Source: Eledone cirrhosa (Eukaryota). From it: a stretch of 64,000 nt of DNA. Shown here piece by piece: positions 43,877 to 57,316 of the stretch. The stretch's first letter is position 1; each line of letters starts with the position of its first letter. The DNA is taken from NCBI GenBank assembly GCA_964016885.1, contig OZ024740.1, positions 314,836,001-314,900,000 of the forward strand. Reading direction: 5' to 3'. Position numbers and translations under genes: made by a program. The notes beneath the pieces are model-generated. The model ran no database searches. It was not told where the DNA came from and saw only the letters and a list, made by a program, of their open reading frames with translations.

Positions 43877-44010
43877 TAGAAGTTGTATTTAATTTGTTGG
43901 AAGTCCGACAAACATAAATGTTTATAACTGATTTAGAGCACTCAACAGATTACTGAAGTAAAAATTCAATGATATTAAATGAATGGAAACTATATTTATA
44001 AAACCATATT

Positions 44011-44075
44011 TATTTTATTATATATATTTCAAGGGCAACCAAGACAACATTGGTGCGCTTTCATCAGATAAAATA
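44011..44075 (-). ncRNA. Hammerhead ribozyme family A
   Basis: Reverse complement of 44114-44178. Confidence 0.8.
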
Positions 44076-44113
44076 CAAAGTTGGGTACGTCTCTATTTAT
44101 AAAACAAACTTTG

Positions 44114-44178
44114 TATTTTATCTGATGAAAGCGCACCAATGTTGTCTTGGTTGCCCTTGAAATATATATAATAAAATA
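44114..44178 (+). ncRNA. Hammerhead ribozyme family A
   Basis: tattttat CTGATGA aagcgcaccaa tgttgtc ttggttgccctt GAAA tatata TA ataaaata. Confidence 0.8.
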
Positions 44179-44312
44179 AATATGGTTTTATAAATATAGT
44201 TTCCATTCATTTAATATCATTGAATTTTTACTTCAGTAATCTGTTGAGTGCTCTAAATCAGTTATAAACATTTATGTTTGTCGGACTTCCAACAAATTAA
44301 ATACAACTTCTA

Positions 44313-44354
<42 letters not shown>

Positions 44355-44403
44355 TACATACACACAAACACACGCGCGCGCGCGCGCGCGCGCGCACACA
44401 CAC

Positions 44404-44456
<53 letters not shown>

Positions 44457-44671
44457 TATATATATATAGAATAACTTTTACGAAGTTAGCTATGGGTAGG
44501 CTTCTAGAGGGGGAACAGGAGAGATTCTCGATCATTTGGATACAAATGGAAAAAAAATCGGTTTTTAATTTTTTTTTTTTTTTTATAATTTCAACAATTA
44601 TTGTGTTACATACGAATCGGTCTCCACTATTTATGTTATATCTAATGAAAATTGGGATTATCGCTCCCGAT

Positions 44672-44709
<38 letters not shown>

Positions 44710-44712
<3 letters not shown>

Positions 44713-45122
44713 AGAATATTTTCTAAACAGCGAGTGGGTTTGAAATTATTAGAAATGTAAGCTATCGCCGTATTTTGACTAAAGAAATTATTTAGCCTGA
44801 TAGTGGGGTTAAGAACCCTCGGAGAAATGGAAAAAGATGAGTATTGGCGTACATGGGAGTCGAACCCACTCGCTGTTTCGAAAATATTCTTACTTGACAT
44901 TACAGTCACTAAGTTTATAGCTTCTAATTTGAATGGAAAGAGACGGGTGATGTGTTGGTGTAAATGGTAGCACAGTGGTCCGGATAACCAAATATGTGGG
45001 TCAACTCCCATGTACGTCAATACTCATCTTTTTCCATTTCTCCGAGGGTTCTTAACCCCACTATCAGGCTAAATAATTTCTTTAATTTCTTTAGGCAAAA
45101 TACGGCGATAGCTTACATTTCT

Positions 45123-45128
<6 letters not shown>
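44710..45128. repeat. tRNA-like repeat with nested inversions, between (TA)n tracts
   Basis: 44745-44868 is inverted at 44997-45128 and 44710-44741 is inverted at 44862-44893. A tRNA-like segment reads gatgtgttggtgtaaatggtagcac...gtgggtcaactcccatgtacgtca. Confidence 0.7.
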
Positions 45129-45188
<60 letters not shown>

Positions 45189-45265
45189 AAGTTAAAGAGA
45201 GGGATAAACAGAGATAGATTGATATATATATATATATTAGTTATGTAATAATCAACATAAGATAA

Positions 45266-45330
45266 TTATTTCATTTACCAGTGGTTTCTTGAAAGCAGAT
45301 ATATCTGTTTTCAGTCGTCAGAATGAATAA
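45266..45330 (-). ncRNA. Hammerhead ribozyme family B
   Basis: ttattcatt CTGACGA ctgaaaacagat at atctgctttcaa GAAA ccactgg TA aatgaaataa. A truncated plus-strand copy lies at 45449-45476. Confidence 0.8.
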
Positions 45331-45371
45331 AACATGGTGTTTTTATTAAACATGGATTTAAAAAAACATGG

Positions 45372-45409
<38 letters not shown>

Positions 45410-45476
45410 ATGTTTTTTTAAATCCATGTTTAATAAAAACACCATGTTTTATTCATTCTGACGACTGAAAACAGAT

Positions 45477-45554
<78 letters not shown>

Positions 45555-45644
45555 GAAGTAATTCTGTTGGAAAGGTACATGAAAAAAGAGTACTCTATGT
45601 AGGCTACAAAGCTTATTAGTTATGTAATAAACAACATAAGATAA

Positions 45645-45709
45645 TTATTTCATTTACCAGTGGTTTCTTGAAAGCAGATATATCTGTTTTCAGTCGTCAG
45701 AATGAATAA
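45645..45709 (-). ncRNA. Hammerhead ribozyme family B
   Basis: Same motif as 45266-45330, 379 bp away. Confidence 0.8.
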
Positions 45710-46160
45710 AACATGGTGTTTTTATTAAATATGGATTTGAAAAACCATGTTTTTTCAAATCCATATTTAATAAAAACACCATGTTATAACCCCAAGAAAT
45801 TAATTTAGTCCATGGTGAACAAAAATATGGTACGCTTTCATCAGATAAAATACAAAATTTGTTTTATAAATGTTGACATACCCAAGGAACCAAAGCTTAT
45901 CGGTTCAGGTTCAGTTTGGATAGTGAAAGAAAAATTTCAAATCTTTAGGATGAATATGTAAATGAGGTTGAAATGTAAGACTGAAAAAAGATCGTTATAT
46001 TTAGACGGTAGGTAAATTTAAATAATTATTAGGATAATTTATAAGGATAATTTATAAAAATTATTAATATCATTGATATTATACTCCAAAAATCTGTAGA
46101 GTGCTTCGAATCTGTTATAAATAAATTTGTTGAATAACCAACAAATTAAATATCTCTTTG

Positions 46161-46269
<109 letters not shown>

Positions 46270-46349
46270 AGATAAGCGGAGCAAGTAAGATTCAAACAAT
46301 TTAAAAAAATAAATTAAAAAATATAATTTAAATATTTACCTATTCCATT

Positions 46350-46431
46350 TGCTTTTACCGACGGTTTCACCTCACAAAAGATTGGAAGTCCGGTGGACTT
46401 CCAATGGAATTGTTCGGTTCTTCAGAAGACA
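46350..46431 (-). ncRNA. Hammerhead ribozyme family E (stem I partly degenerate)
   Basis: Reverse-complement copy of 47262-47343. Confidence 0.65.
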
Positions 46432-46903
46432 TTTTCCATCACATAGGACGAAAGTCCTACGAACGGCAAAATATATTGCATTCTGCCAGCTAGTGCAAGA
46501 TTGAATGAGGCCGTAAACTTGACCTACTCATGAACTAGCCCTTAGTATAAGCGGAAGTACTTAAAGAGCGCAAATGTGGCAAAGCCGGCGGGGAAGATGA
46601 AATTCGTCCCGAGATGTTAAAAGCTTTAAATAGAGAAGGTATTCTTTGGCTGACTCGTGTGTGGCGGGTGACCTGGCAATGGCAATCGGGAGTGATAATC
46701 CCAATTTTCATTAGATATAACATAAATAGTGGAGACCGATTCGTATGTAACACAATAATTGTTGAAATTATAAAAAAAACAAAAAAAAAACGGATTTTTT
46801 TTCTATTTGTATCCAAAGAAAATGATCGAGAACCTCTCTTCTGTTCCCCTCTAGAAGCCTACCCATAGCTAACTTCGTAAAAGTTATTCTATATATATAT
46901 ATA

Positions 46904-47005
<102 letters not shown>

Positions 47006-47261
47006 TGTGTGTGTTTGTGTGTATGTAGCAATATTGATCTCCTTTTTAAATATTCTCCTATGTGTATAGAAAAAAATCCGTTGTTCTACCTAGATGCTAT
47101 TTTTAGTGGCGTGATAGACAACACGTCTATGTTTACTTCCGCTTATACTAAGGGCTAGTTCATGAGTAGGTCAAGTTTACGGTCTCATTCGATCCTGCAC
47201 TAGCTGGCAGAATGCAATATATTTTGCCGTTCGTGGGACTTTCGTCCTATGTAGGGGAAAA

Positions 47262-47343
47262 TGCTTTCTGAAGAACCGAACATTTCCAATGGAAGTCCAC
47301 CGGACTTCCAATCTTTTGTGAGGTGAAACCGTCGGTAAAAGCA
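47262..47343 (+). ncRNA. Hammerhead ribozyme family E with extended stem II
   Basis: tgcttt CTGAAGA acc..tggaagtcc acc ggacttcca..ggt GAAA ccgtcgg TA aaagca. Confidence 0.78.
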
Positions 47344-47561
47344 AATGGAATAGGTAAATATTTAAATTATATTTTTTAATTTATTTAAAAAAATTGTTTG
47401 AATCTGACTTGCTCCGCTTATCTCAATTTTATAGTTCTGGTATCTCAAATTGATACCATAGAACAACAACTGTACCATAGACACCATATATATTTCCAGG
47501 GGTACTTAGTACTTGTGGCAATATTGATCTCCTTTTATATATATATATATATATATATATA

Positions 47562-48405
47562 ATGTATAATATACAATACAATATAATTACCTCATTACCA
47601 GAGGTTTCCCGAATAAGACGAATACAAGAAACGTCCTTATTCGTTCGTCAGACAAGGTAATTTAAAACATAGTGAAATATTTGAAAAATCTCCTCAAGAA
47701 AGGCAAAAGTTTAACGGGCAAAAAAATATATTAATAAAAGTAATGCAAGAAATATATAAAAATAAAATAAGGAAATATAGTTAGGGTATGTGTATAAATG
47801 TATGTATATTCACTCACAAATGTACATATGAGTGTATGTACAAATGCATGTGTATAGTGAAAAAAAATGTGTGCGTAAGTACATATATGAGGGCAAGCAT
47901 ATCAGTGTATGTGTGACCACAAGTACGTATATAATATATGTTGAAAAAGAAATTGTAAGATAATAATAGAGTAACGTACATCCAGACTCAGGTACTAAGG
48001 ATTGAAATATATACACATACAAGTATGAAAGCACGCGTATAAACACACACACACACGCAACTACATACATGCGAGTGATATATACAGGGAAGGGAGTGTA
48101 TCAGTCAAAGCAGTGTCAGGCTGAAGGTCGATACATATATAAAAATGAAAAAAATGGAAAAATATATGAGATAAAAAAATTAAATCAAAGAGAAAGTAAG
48201 AGGGAGGGGTTATCAATTATAAAGTAACACTAGAAAAAATAGACATAGGTTCGTACATACATATATATATATAAATAGATAGATATAAATACGTACAGAC
48301 AAAAGCACATACATGCGTACACACATATAAAGGCGCGCATACATACACACGAAGCACATATATATATACGTACATGTACATCTAATCACACGCACGCACG
48401 CGACA

Positions 48406-48438
<33 letters not shown>

Positions 48439-50108
48439 CATACACATACATATATATATATATACATATACATATACATATACACACACACACACACACA
48501 TATATATAAGTATCTAAAAACATAGATATAAAAACACACACACACATATACACACACACGCGCACATACGTATACATATAGAAACACGCATACACACACA
48601 TGCACGCTCACACGCATAGATATAATATAAAAACCAGCCGTATGAATAAATGAGTACAAATTATACAGAAGTAAACATACATAAAAGCGGCTGAGAGACA
48701 ACAGAATATATCTGGAGTTGAAAACGCAAGTGACATGTGCTATCAGGTAGTGAAAGAAAATGGGGAAGTAAAATATGTAAAATTGTGAAGATATAAAGTA
48801 AGTGAATCAAAAAGCAGGGGGGGGGGGGTCACTGGTGGATGTGAAGTAAAAATAAAGTTAAAAATAAAAATAAAAGTAAATCAGAAAGAGAAGTCTGTAA
48901 AGAGGGTAATTTAAGGAAAGTGAAGAACAAGAGTTTATGTAGGATAAGTATCTGAAAGTGATTTAAGTTTATAATAGCTAGAAAGCCATTATGATTTCAT
49001 GTGTGGGCAACTGGTGAAAATTTCTGTTTTTGCATTTAGGCAGGTTTTTGGTCATTTACTGTCTGTAAAATCCAATATTTTTCACTTATGCAGAGCGCGC
49101 ATCTCTTGTTCCTCTTTCATATTCTTTAGATTGGTATTTTCTTATTGAGGATATAAGATTTAATAGGGGGACCGCAGGAGTAGCTGATTTTGACACAGTT
49201 TCTATTGAAGATCTTATAGTATCTATGTGTTCTAGGGAAATGTTTATCTAAGAGCTCTAGGAATTTTTTGTCTACATTAGTTTTAACTGCTAAAGAGTAG
49301 GGGTGTGAACCAGATTATTTTTCTTTTCCTATTATTATGTTTAAAGGAGTTAGTATTGTTGGGTATGTACTTAATCGGTTCGCTAAATCCGCTACTTTGA
49401 AGGGCTTTATTATAGTAGGGAGATGCCTTATTGAAAATAGCTTCTGAGGAAGAGAGGGTGGAGATCCTACGGCTAATATTAGGGATAAGATTTTTAAAAA
49501 CTATAGGAGGATGGCAAGAGCCTTTATTTATATATTTTAAATTTTCATTAGGTTTATGGTACGGTTTATAAGAAGCAGTAGGCAGATCTAGGTTTATATC
49601 TAGAAAATTAACATTGGAAAGGTTAATGTCAATGGTAATTTTAAGATTAAAACTAGCGAAGGTTTTAAGTCTTTCCTTAATCTATCTAAATTATGGCCTA
49701 TAGTGGTATGGGAAAGTATTAGACCATCGTCGCGATAAAGCCCAAAGGTATGGTTAGGGAATTTCTCTTTAAGTGTGTGTAGGAGGAATAGGCCGACTAA
49801 ATCACACACGTCAGCACTGTCAAAAGAACCCATTGAGACATCGAATAGGTTCTCTGGGTTAGATATTTTTACCCAAGTGTCATTATTAGTAAATAGTAAA
49901 GTGTTTCTAGCATGCAAAATGACATTCTCTTCAATATCAGAAATATTGATAAACTTTCTAGCGAAATTTAAGGCTTTCGTTAAAAGAGGGTGAGTAATAG
50001 ACGGGTAGAAGTCTACAATTTGGGTGAATCTAGAACTATTTTTATCTCTAATATTATTAAACCAATGTACTACAAAAGAGCTATTTATCCATTGGAGTAA
50101 TTCAGACT
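47562..50108 (-). mobile_element. Penelope-like element PLE3, 5'-truncated with an internal deletion in the endonuclease
   Basis: ORF remnant at 48990-50108: QWINS, VDFYPSI, FDVSMGSFDSADVCDLVG, GLYRDDGL, CALC, CPH. A microsatellite-rich 3' region ends with an HHR and (TA)n. Confidence 0.88.
47585..47662 (-). ncRNA. Hammerhead ribozyme family D at the 3' end of PLE3
   Basis: aattaccttgt CTGACGA acgaataaggacg..cgtcttattcgg GAAA cctctgg TA atgaggtaatt, with an 11-bp stem I including GU pairs. Confidence 0.8.
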
Positions 50109-50749
50109 GGATCTAAAACAGGAACACAAGGAATAAAAAAGCCTATTTGAAAACCCTATATACTGTGAATAAAGCAGATAGAGTTTATCAAGTACGGGCA
50201 ACCATACTCTATTTAGGAAGTACAGGTAAAAGGTTCTTTGAAGTAACGTTACTCGATAGAGTGTGTAGCTCTGAGATCAGACAGTCACTCCAGGTAAACT
50301 AAGACAGGGCTGCTTGGCTTTAGAACACAACTTGCTAAAGCTCACGGCGGCTCGGGCTCTCGACAGACAGCAAAGTCCACGAGCAGCGGTAATAATGCAA
50401 AGCAAATGCAAAATAAAGGAACATGATCACTTTCGACATGCATCTACCTGGCACTGCACCGCCCTTAATCAGAGCCAATCCTTCTTCCATTTATCCTTTA
50501 GGGTTGCCATTTCACGCTCGCCAGAACGACAGAAAACCGTGGCAGCAGCAGAGAAGCGACAAGGCGGCAAGGTGACAACCACCACTATTGCTGCTGCTTC
50601 AAACGGATGTCAAAAAGTGCACAGCGACTCAGTCCGACTTGAACGCGGAATTCATAAAAGATGGCGGTGAGGCAGGAGACGATACTACTCCTGCTGCATA
50701 GACTCGTAGATTCTCCAGTTAGAGCGCAGCGTAGCGCCGGCAAGGCGAA

Positions 50750-51483
50750 CGGACACTAATCCTGCTGCATGAATTCCTCGGCTCTCGAACAAAGACGGAA
50801 AGTAAAGCCCATGAGTGGTGGCGATGTCAGCGTAGATGTGGAAAAGTGAGAACCAACACTATACCTGCTGCATGGACTTGTTCGGTACCAACCAACATAT
50901 CTGTCGTTCAAGGCTACGAGGCTAGAATAGGAAACCAAAGCGAATATTATTGCCATATTTTTACGCAGACATGCCCTACAGTTAACACACCCACAATAAC
51001 AATAAAAGTGAAACCCAGCCAATGTGGGTACCTTTCGTGCAACATGTCTTCCAGCAGCTCGTCTCCTCGACCTTGCTACAGTCGTTGGTCAAGCACAGAC
51101 CAAGGTTGGGCGACTGGTATCAAGAGTGTTGCCAGGCGCTCACGGAATTTTACCGACTGAACAACACAAAAGGAGGCCAGAAAGCAACAGATGCTTTCTA
51201 CAGAAGGTTAATGGAAGGTATGAGAAGTGATGTCCTGGGAGTGGCTCTTAGCGTTGAAGAGGACTGTCTGAACAAGCTCTTCTGGAAGACTTTCATGTTG
51301 GGGATCATGGACAATTTCCAAAAACCATTGGCATGGCAGTGCTACAAACGAGCATTATCAGTTAAAGACAGTTAGAGACACGGAAGTGGCAGCAGCTGGA
51401 TCTGCCCGAGACGCACAATCGTCCTGCATGCCATCGCTCAGTACCAGTGCATTGCAGAGTTGTAGGTTTGTGTCGAACAACTG
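50750..51483 (+). mobile_element. L1/Tx1-like LINE ORF2 C-terminal remnant, interrupted by the LTR element and resuming at 53427-53490
   Basis: LRRHALQL..MWVPFV..DNFQKPLAWQCYKRAL..ICPR..LHAI..VEQL|LLRVGHIQISAGSIV; homologous to 63100-63680. Confidence 0.6.
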
Positions 51484-53422
51484 TATAGCGAGGATACTGG
51501 GTTGTATGAATGTAACAAAGAGACATGGTTTGTGTGTATAATATTTAATCAACAATTTAACAGTATAGTTGACATGTCAATGAATAAACGAAAGAATGAA
51601 GCAAAGTTAGTAGTTACCGTTTTGATTGCCAGGCAAACGCAGGCTGGCCAAGGCCAGGCGCCGGAAGGGCTAATGAGAGAGAGAGAGCTTAAAGTTGTTA
51701 GTTTTATAGGGTTCTGACCGGAAGTTACAGAAAGGGTTCTACTTCCCGTCTAGATGTTGTTAATCTATTGGGGTTGTGAGTCACAACAAGGGAAGCCACT
51801 GCTACATAACCTCCCGCCAGAATTTTAGAATATAAAAATCGAATGAAATATGTAGCAAGTTGGCGAGAATGTTGTAACAGGCATGAAAATTACGACAAAA
51901 GAATGTTTGCAAAAATCAATGATAGATGTCAAGGTAGCCAACCGCTCTTGGCCAGAGAACGACTGGACATCTATCTATCCATCACCCAAAGATACAATGT
52001 AATAAAGTAAGAGAAGTGCTCAAAGTTCAAATGTACAAAATATAGTTCACAGGTGTGCAATCTCATGACAGCAGGAAAGAAAGTGTTCCAGAGAATGAAT
52101 GCAGGTGGTTTCTGTTCTGTGGTATATCGTGAAATTTCCAACCTCCGAATGGATTTTCTCACAGGAAGAGTGCTACAAAAATAAATTCTCTGGCTTGTTC
52201 TGCTGGTTTTGGTTGTTGGTGAAGCTGTGTTGCTGTCTCGCGGAGTGAGCGTATTCGGTGTTTAAATTCACAGTAAAAAAAATTTTTTCAGAAAAAATGA
52301 GTTGCGCAAAGTGCTAGAAATAACAGCCGAAGTTGATGGTCGATGTTGAGAATGCGTTGACCTGGAAGGCCAGCGACCAAAGAAATAAGCATTCTGAATA
52401 AATGCGCAGTTTTCAACGGCAAATTTACGTGGTAAATTTTTAAACCGGCAAATAGGAGAATATAGCTTAAGGCTGAAGAATCCTTGGCGAGAAACGTTAT
52501 CTCTGGCGTGCGGCTATCTCTGTGAGTCGAGAATTTGTGCTGCCCACACGTGCCAACACAAGGTTAAGCTAGGTTGAAAAAATAATATTTCTAACGCGCG
52601 AGAAAATGATAGTACAAGTGTGAAAGTGACAATGATGAAAAAGAAAGGCTTCACTTAGCATAATTATTGGTGTGAACTTTGGAGAAAAAAAACTTGAACG
52701 ATGAAGAAAACGATGAAAAAAAAGGCAATGGTTCATCGAAAATAAATGTTCCTGTTGAAATGTTTTTTAAAGAATATCAAATTTCTTTTTTTTTTTTTTT
52801 GTTTTGAAAGTGTTCGTTGTAAGAAACGAGAAACATATATATATATCGTGAAATGCGACAGTTAGTTGATGCGTGAGAGAAAAAGTCTGTCTGTGCGAAA
52901 ATTTCACATGTGCGTGGTGTGTTCGTTTCTTTTACTGAGTATTTTCATAGTTTGTCAATAAATTTGCTGTGTATTCGTAAATGTTACTCACACAACACCA
53001 GATTCTGCTATCTTTTTCTTTTTTCGGGGTGACCACTTATAGCGATGAACGGCTGCGTGTTCGTATCACGTCAGGGTTACCAATATAGCAAGGATACTGG
53101 GTTGTATGAATGTAACAAGGAGTCATGGTTTGTGTGTATAATATTTAATCAACAATTTAACAGTATATTTGACATGTCAATGAATAAACGAAAGAATGAA
53201 GCAAAGTTAGTAGTTACCGTTTTGATTGCCAGGCAAACGCAGGCTGGCAGAAGACGCCTGGCCAAGGCCAGGCGCCGGAAGGGCTAATGAGAGAGAGAGA
53301 GAGCTTAAAGTTGTTAGTTTTATAGGGTTCTGACCGGAAGTTACAGAAAGGGTTCTACTTCCCGTCTAGATGTTGTTAATCTATTGGGGTTGTGAGTCAC
53401 GACAAGGGAGGCCACTGCTACA
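51484..53422 (-). mobile_element. Non-autonomous Gypsy-type LTR element (1.94 kb)
   Basis: LTRs at 51484-51806 and 53084-53422 (TGTAGC...GCTATA on minus); 4-bp TSD ACTG; PBS tggtaaccctgacgtgat matching the tRNA-Trp 3' end; PPT-like ctggcgggaggtta; no recognisable ORF inside. Confidence 0.88.
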
Positions 53423-53695
53423 ACTGCTATTACGTGTGGGACACATCCAGATATCAGCTGGGTCTATTGTGAAAATTGCACCACTACCTTTTAGAGAGAG
53501 AGAAGAGAGAAAAAGAGAGAGGCGGAAAGAAAGAGAGGGGGAGGGAGAGAAAGAGAGAGAGAGAGAGAGGAAAGAGAGAGGAGAAAGAGAGAGAAGAGAG
53601 ATAAAGAGCGAAAGAGATAGAGGGGAAAGGGACAGGGGGGAGAAAGAAAGAAAAATAGGGAAAGAGAGGACGAGGAAAAAAAAAAAGAAAGCGAG

Positions 53696-53734
<39 letters not shown>

Positions 53735-53864
53735 GAGAGTAGTGATGAATTATTTCCGACGGGTTTGCAAGCCAAATTCGAAAACACGAAAAAAATTAGA
53801 AAAAGAAAAAGAAAAAATGTAAAGAAAACACCAAAAGTGCTACACTCCCTCCGCTTCGTTTTTC

Positions 53865-53919
<55 letters not shown>

Positions 53920-56877
53920 AAAATAAGAGTCATTTCCGACGGGCTTTGGGGGTCAGATTTGTTGTAAACACACGAAAAAAACCCCAGAAAAATCAAATTT
54001 CTCACCAAAGGCGAGACGGGTGTAGATCTGAAACTCCTAGGATGCTTCTCCCCCTCTAAAAAAACTAGTTATTTCTGACGAGTTTGGGGGTGAAATTCAT
54101 TAAAAATAAGGGTGCCTTTCTATACATTTAATCGGTTGAGCGGGCTCTTATCTGTAACTCATAGGGTACCCCTTCCTACCCACCTCCGTTTTCGGAAAAA
54201 GGAGTCGCTTGTGAATGAGTAGGGTGTCAGATCGAAAAAAAAAAAAAAAAAAATTCCCACCGAAGAAAATTCCGACGATAGGAAAATCCAAAGGTCTCTC
54301 CATTCCGTTTTCAGAAAAAAATTCGACTGCGAGTATGTCGGGTGTCAGATAAGTTGAAAACACGAAACATCTATTTAAAAAAAAAAAAAAATTCTCAGCG
54401 ATCCCCAGCGGGTGCTTTTTTGTAAATTTATAATTTAAAGAATTTATTAAAAAAACTACAAAAAAAAAAACATGTCACAAAGAATACAAACCAATGTCAA
54501 CTTGACTTTAATAATTGAAAATTGCTTCATTATCAAACCTCTAGATTCAAATAGTAAAGTTAGTCTTCGATGAGATCAGATCTCTGGGGTAATTGCTGGC
54601 CTTATGCCAAAAGTAGAAACATCAGATCTTTTAATAACACACGTGAACTATGGTGTAAAACTAAAGTGTAAAAAGTGAAATTTGTTAGGTGGAAAACGAA
54701 ACAATTAGTTAAGTGTGAAATATATCTAGCTCTAAAATAGTTTGATGTCAGAACTATACCACTAACAAAATTTATCCATAAATGCTCGCTATATTAAAAT
54801 AAATAAATTTGCTATATTCTCTAATTTGATAACCAAATTATAAATGAATGCAAGTGGATGATTTAAAACACGAAACGAAACTATCAATGTAAAAAATGTA
54901 TATTTTACAAAATTAATATATCAATATATTTAAACACTTATTTGTTTTCTATAAAAAAACTAAGATATATTTTCTTAAAATTAATATACTTTGGAATTTG
55001 TTAAAATTGTGTAAAAAGGAAGTATGCCGACTCTTTCAATTTGCCGAGCTGGGTTTTAGTGTAACCTAAGTAAAACATTGTTGACTGTCTTCGATTGACC
55101 ACACATGGTATATTTACAGATACGGTAACGAAGTGGTAAGAATTATTATTAATTTAGTATTAATATCGTTTAATAAGTTTTTCCTTCATTGTTTTAGTTA
55201 TATTAATATGGTGTGTTTGTTGTTTATGGTAGACGTGGACGAAGCCACGTGTAGTTTTAGATTTATTATCATATAACAAATATGATTAAATAGAAGTACA
55301 TACATATAATCAATTAATTATTGTTAGTAGCCTTATAAATATAATACACAAAAATATATAATCAAAGTGTGAGAAAAAACCCATTAATTCAACACTACAA
55401 AAAAACCCCCCATTAATTTAACACTAAGTGCGCCAATCAACCACACACCACAAGGGTCAGCGGAATGTTTTGAGGCATGCCAACACGCTTTGGATTTGTT
55501 CACAATATGTGAAGATTTTAAATAAACATTACTAATGTCCAAATATCACGATTTGAGGGGGATTTGACTGCTATTTCTAGCAGATCCAATTAGAGCTTAA
55601 TGATCCCCATCGTCCACTCATTAATTCTTAATAATTGAGAAGTGTACTTGTTGACGTTTGATCGAGAAACCTTGGAAGAACCAGCTAGTGATTCATTAAG
55701 TACTTGCTCGATTTGCTAGAAATAACAGCTAAATCTAAACAAAGGAAGATATACCGGGCAATGGTCATGTAGTCCGTGATATAGATGGAATGGTCATGGC
55801 CAGGACGCCTTTTATCAAGACTCGCGTTGAGTTAAGCAATAACAATTCTGTATAGAAAGATTATATTTATTAAGAAGTCAGAAAATAGTTGAATTTAGTT
55901 AAATCTAGTGGTCACTCGGGGATTCCCTTGTTCCATTAACCCTACTACAACACAGCTTTGTTCTTTAGAAAAATAACAACAAACAACAAATTCAAAAGAT
56001 GTTGATAAAAGAAGGGTGTAACATTTATTTTCGTATAACAATGGATTCTTTCACAGTAGTTAATTAAAACTAATTATTTAGGTAGGAGAAAATCACAAAA
56101 TCAATTACTCATTGTAAACATGTCCGTATAAAGGTAGGATTGTTGGTGAAGTGGATAAAGTATTGTTACCAGTAGTACAATTTTGTGTATTTAAATCCAT
56201 AATGGGAATTTGTATTTGGATTTCGAAGCAGATCATTTAATCTCCAATGCTTCCGTCACACATCGGCCAACAATCAAGAACTTTTCGGAGTTATCTCACC
56301 TTAGATCCAGACCATTGTAAACGTTTTGTTGAGTCTTACAGTATGGTGAGATATTTATCTATTTATTTAATTAATTTAAACGTCTGTATAAAGCTAGTAA
56401 GTCAATACAGCTTAGGGGAAGTATCTAGTACTTCTTACAGTTGAGAAACATAAAACAAGATATACTGAGGTAACAATATAAAAATAAAAAAAAGAAGATA
56501 AATCAAAGAATTAAATAGGGATAGTCAACTGGGGGTAAAATAAGCATCGAAAAAAGATAAAGAAAAAATGGGAAGCAAGGGATAGATATCCACTGTGAGA
56601 ACTGCAGACTTTATGTTATGATTTACTCTATGACAAGACATTGTAAGTTAAAGCTTACAGTGGGAGAGATATACACTAGACTTTAAATTTGCCTATAAAA
56701 CTATCTTACATTCTTTAAATCCTATTATCTGCATGATAACAAAGTGTCACCTTCTGCTTGATGTTTCAAGCATATTATTGTTTAATATTGGTATATAATG
56801 TTATATTTACACATGTAATTTTGTATCAAACATATTTTTTCAGAGCTGTCATAGATGAATTAATGGTGGTTGATGGA

Positions 56878-56946
<69 letters not shown>

Positions 56947-57039
56947 CAGTTCTTCACAATAGTTGCATAAGCAGATCCTCAAGTTTTGTTGGACTTAATA
57001 CCAACTCATTCAGTCTGTCATTCATTTTCATTTTTCATT

Positions 57040-57316
57040 TCATTTTACGTCCACTTTTTCCCTGCTTGCAAGGGTGGGACGGGAACTGATTCTGGCTTGA
57101 TTTCTACAGCTGGATTCCCTTCCTAACACCAACCTCATTTACAGTGAGTGCTGGGTGCTTTTTTGCCGTGGCACCCCCGTCCCTATCATCTCATTTCTAC
57201 AGCTGAGTAAACTGGAGCAATGTGAAATAAAGCGTCTTGCTCAAGGAAACAACACATCACCTGGTCTGAGAATTGAACTCACAACCTTTCGATTGCAAGG
57301 CCAATGCTCTAACCAC
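57040..57316 (-). mobile_element. tRNA-derived SINE family S2
   Basis: Minus: tagtggttagagcattggccttgcaatcgaaaggttgtgagttcaattctc..gtttccttgagcaag. Other copies are at 61830-62160 (minus) and 63793-64000 (plus). Confidence 0.8.

Larger units (their letters stand above)
43507..44677. repeat. 1.17-kb palindrome centred on a family A hammerhead pair
   Basis: atggcaatcgggag... / ...ctcccgattgccat, with a loop at about 44083-44106. The arms include (TG)n/(TA)n and unique flank. Confidence 0.92.
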
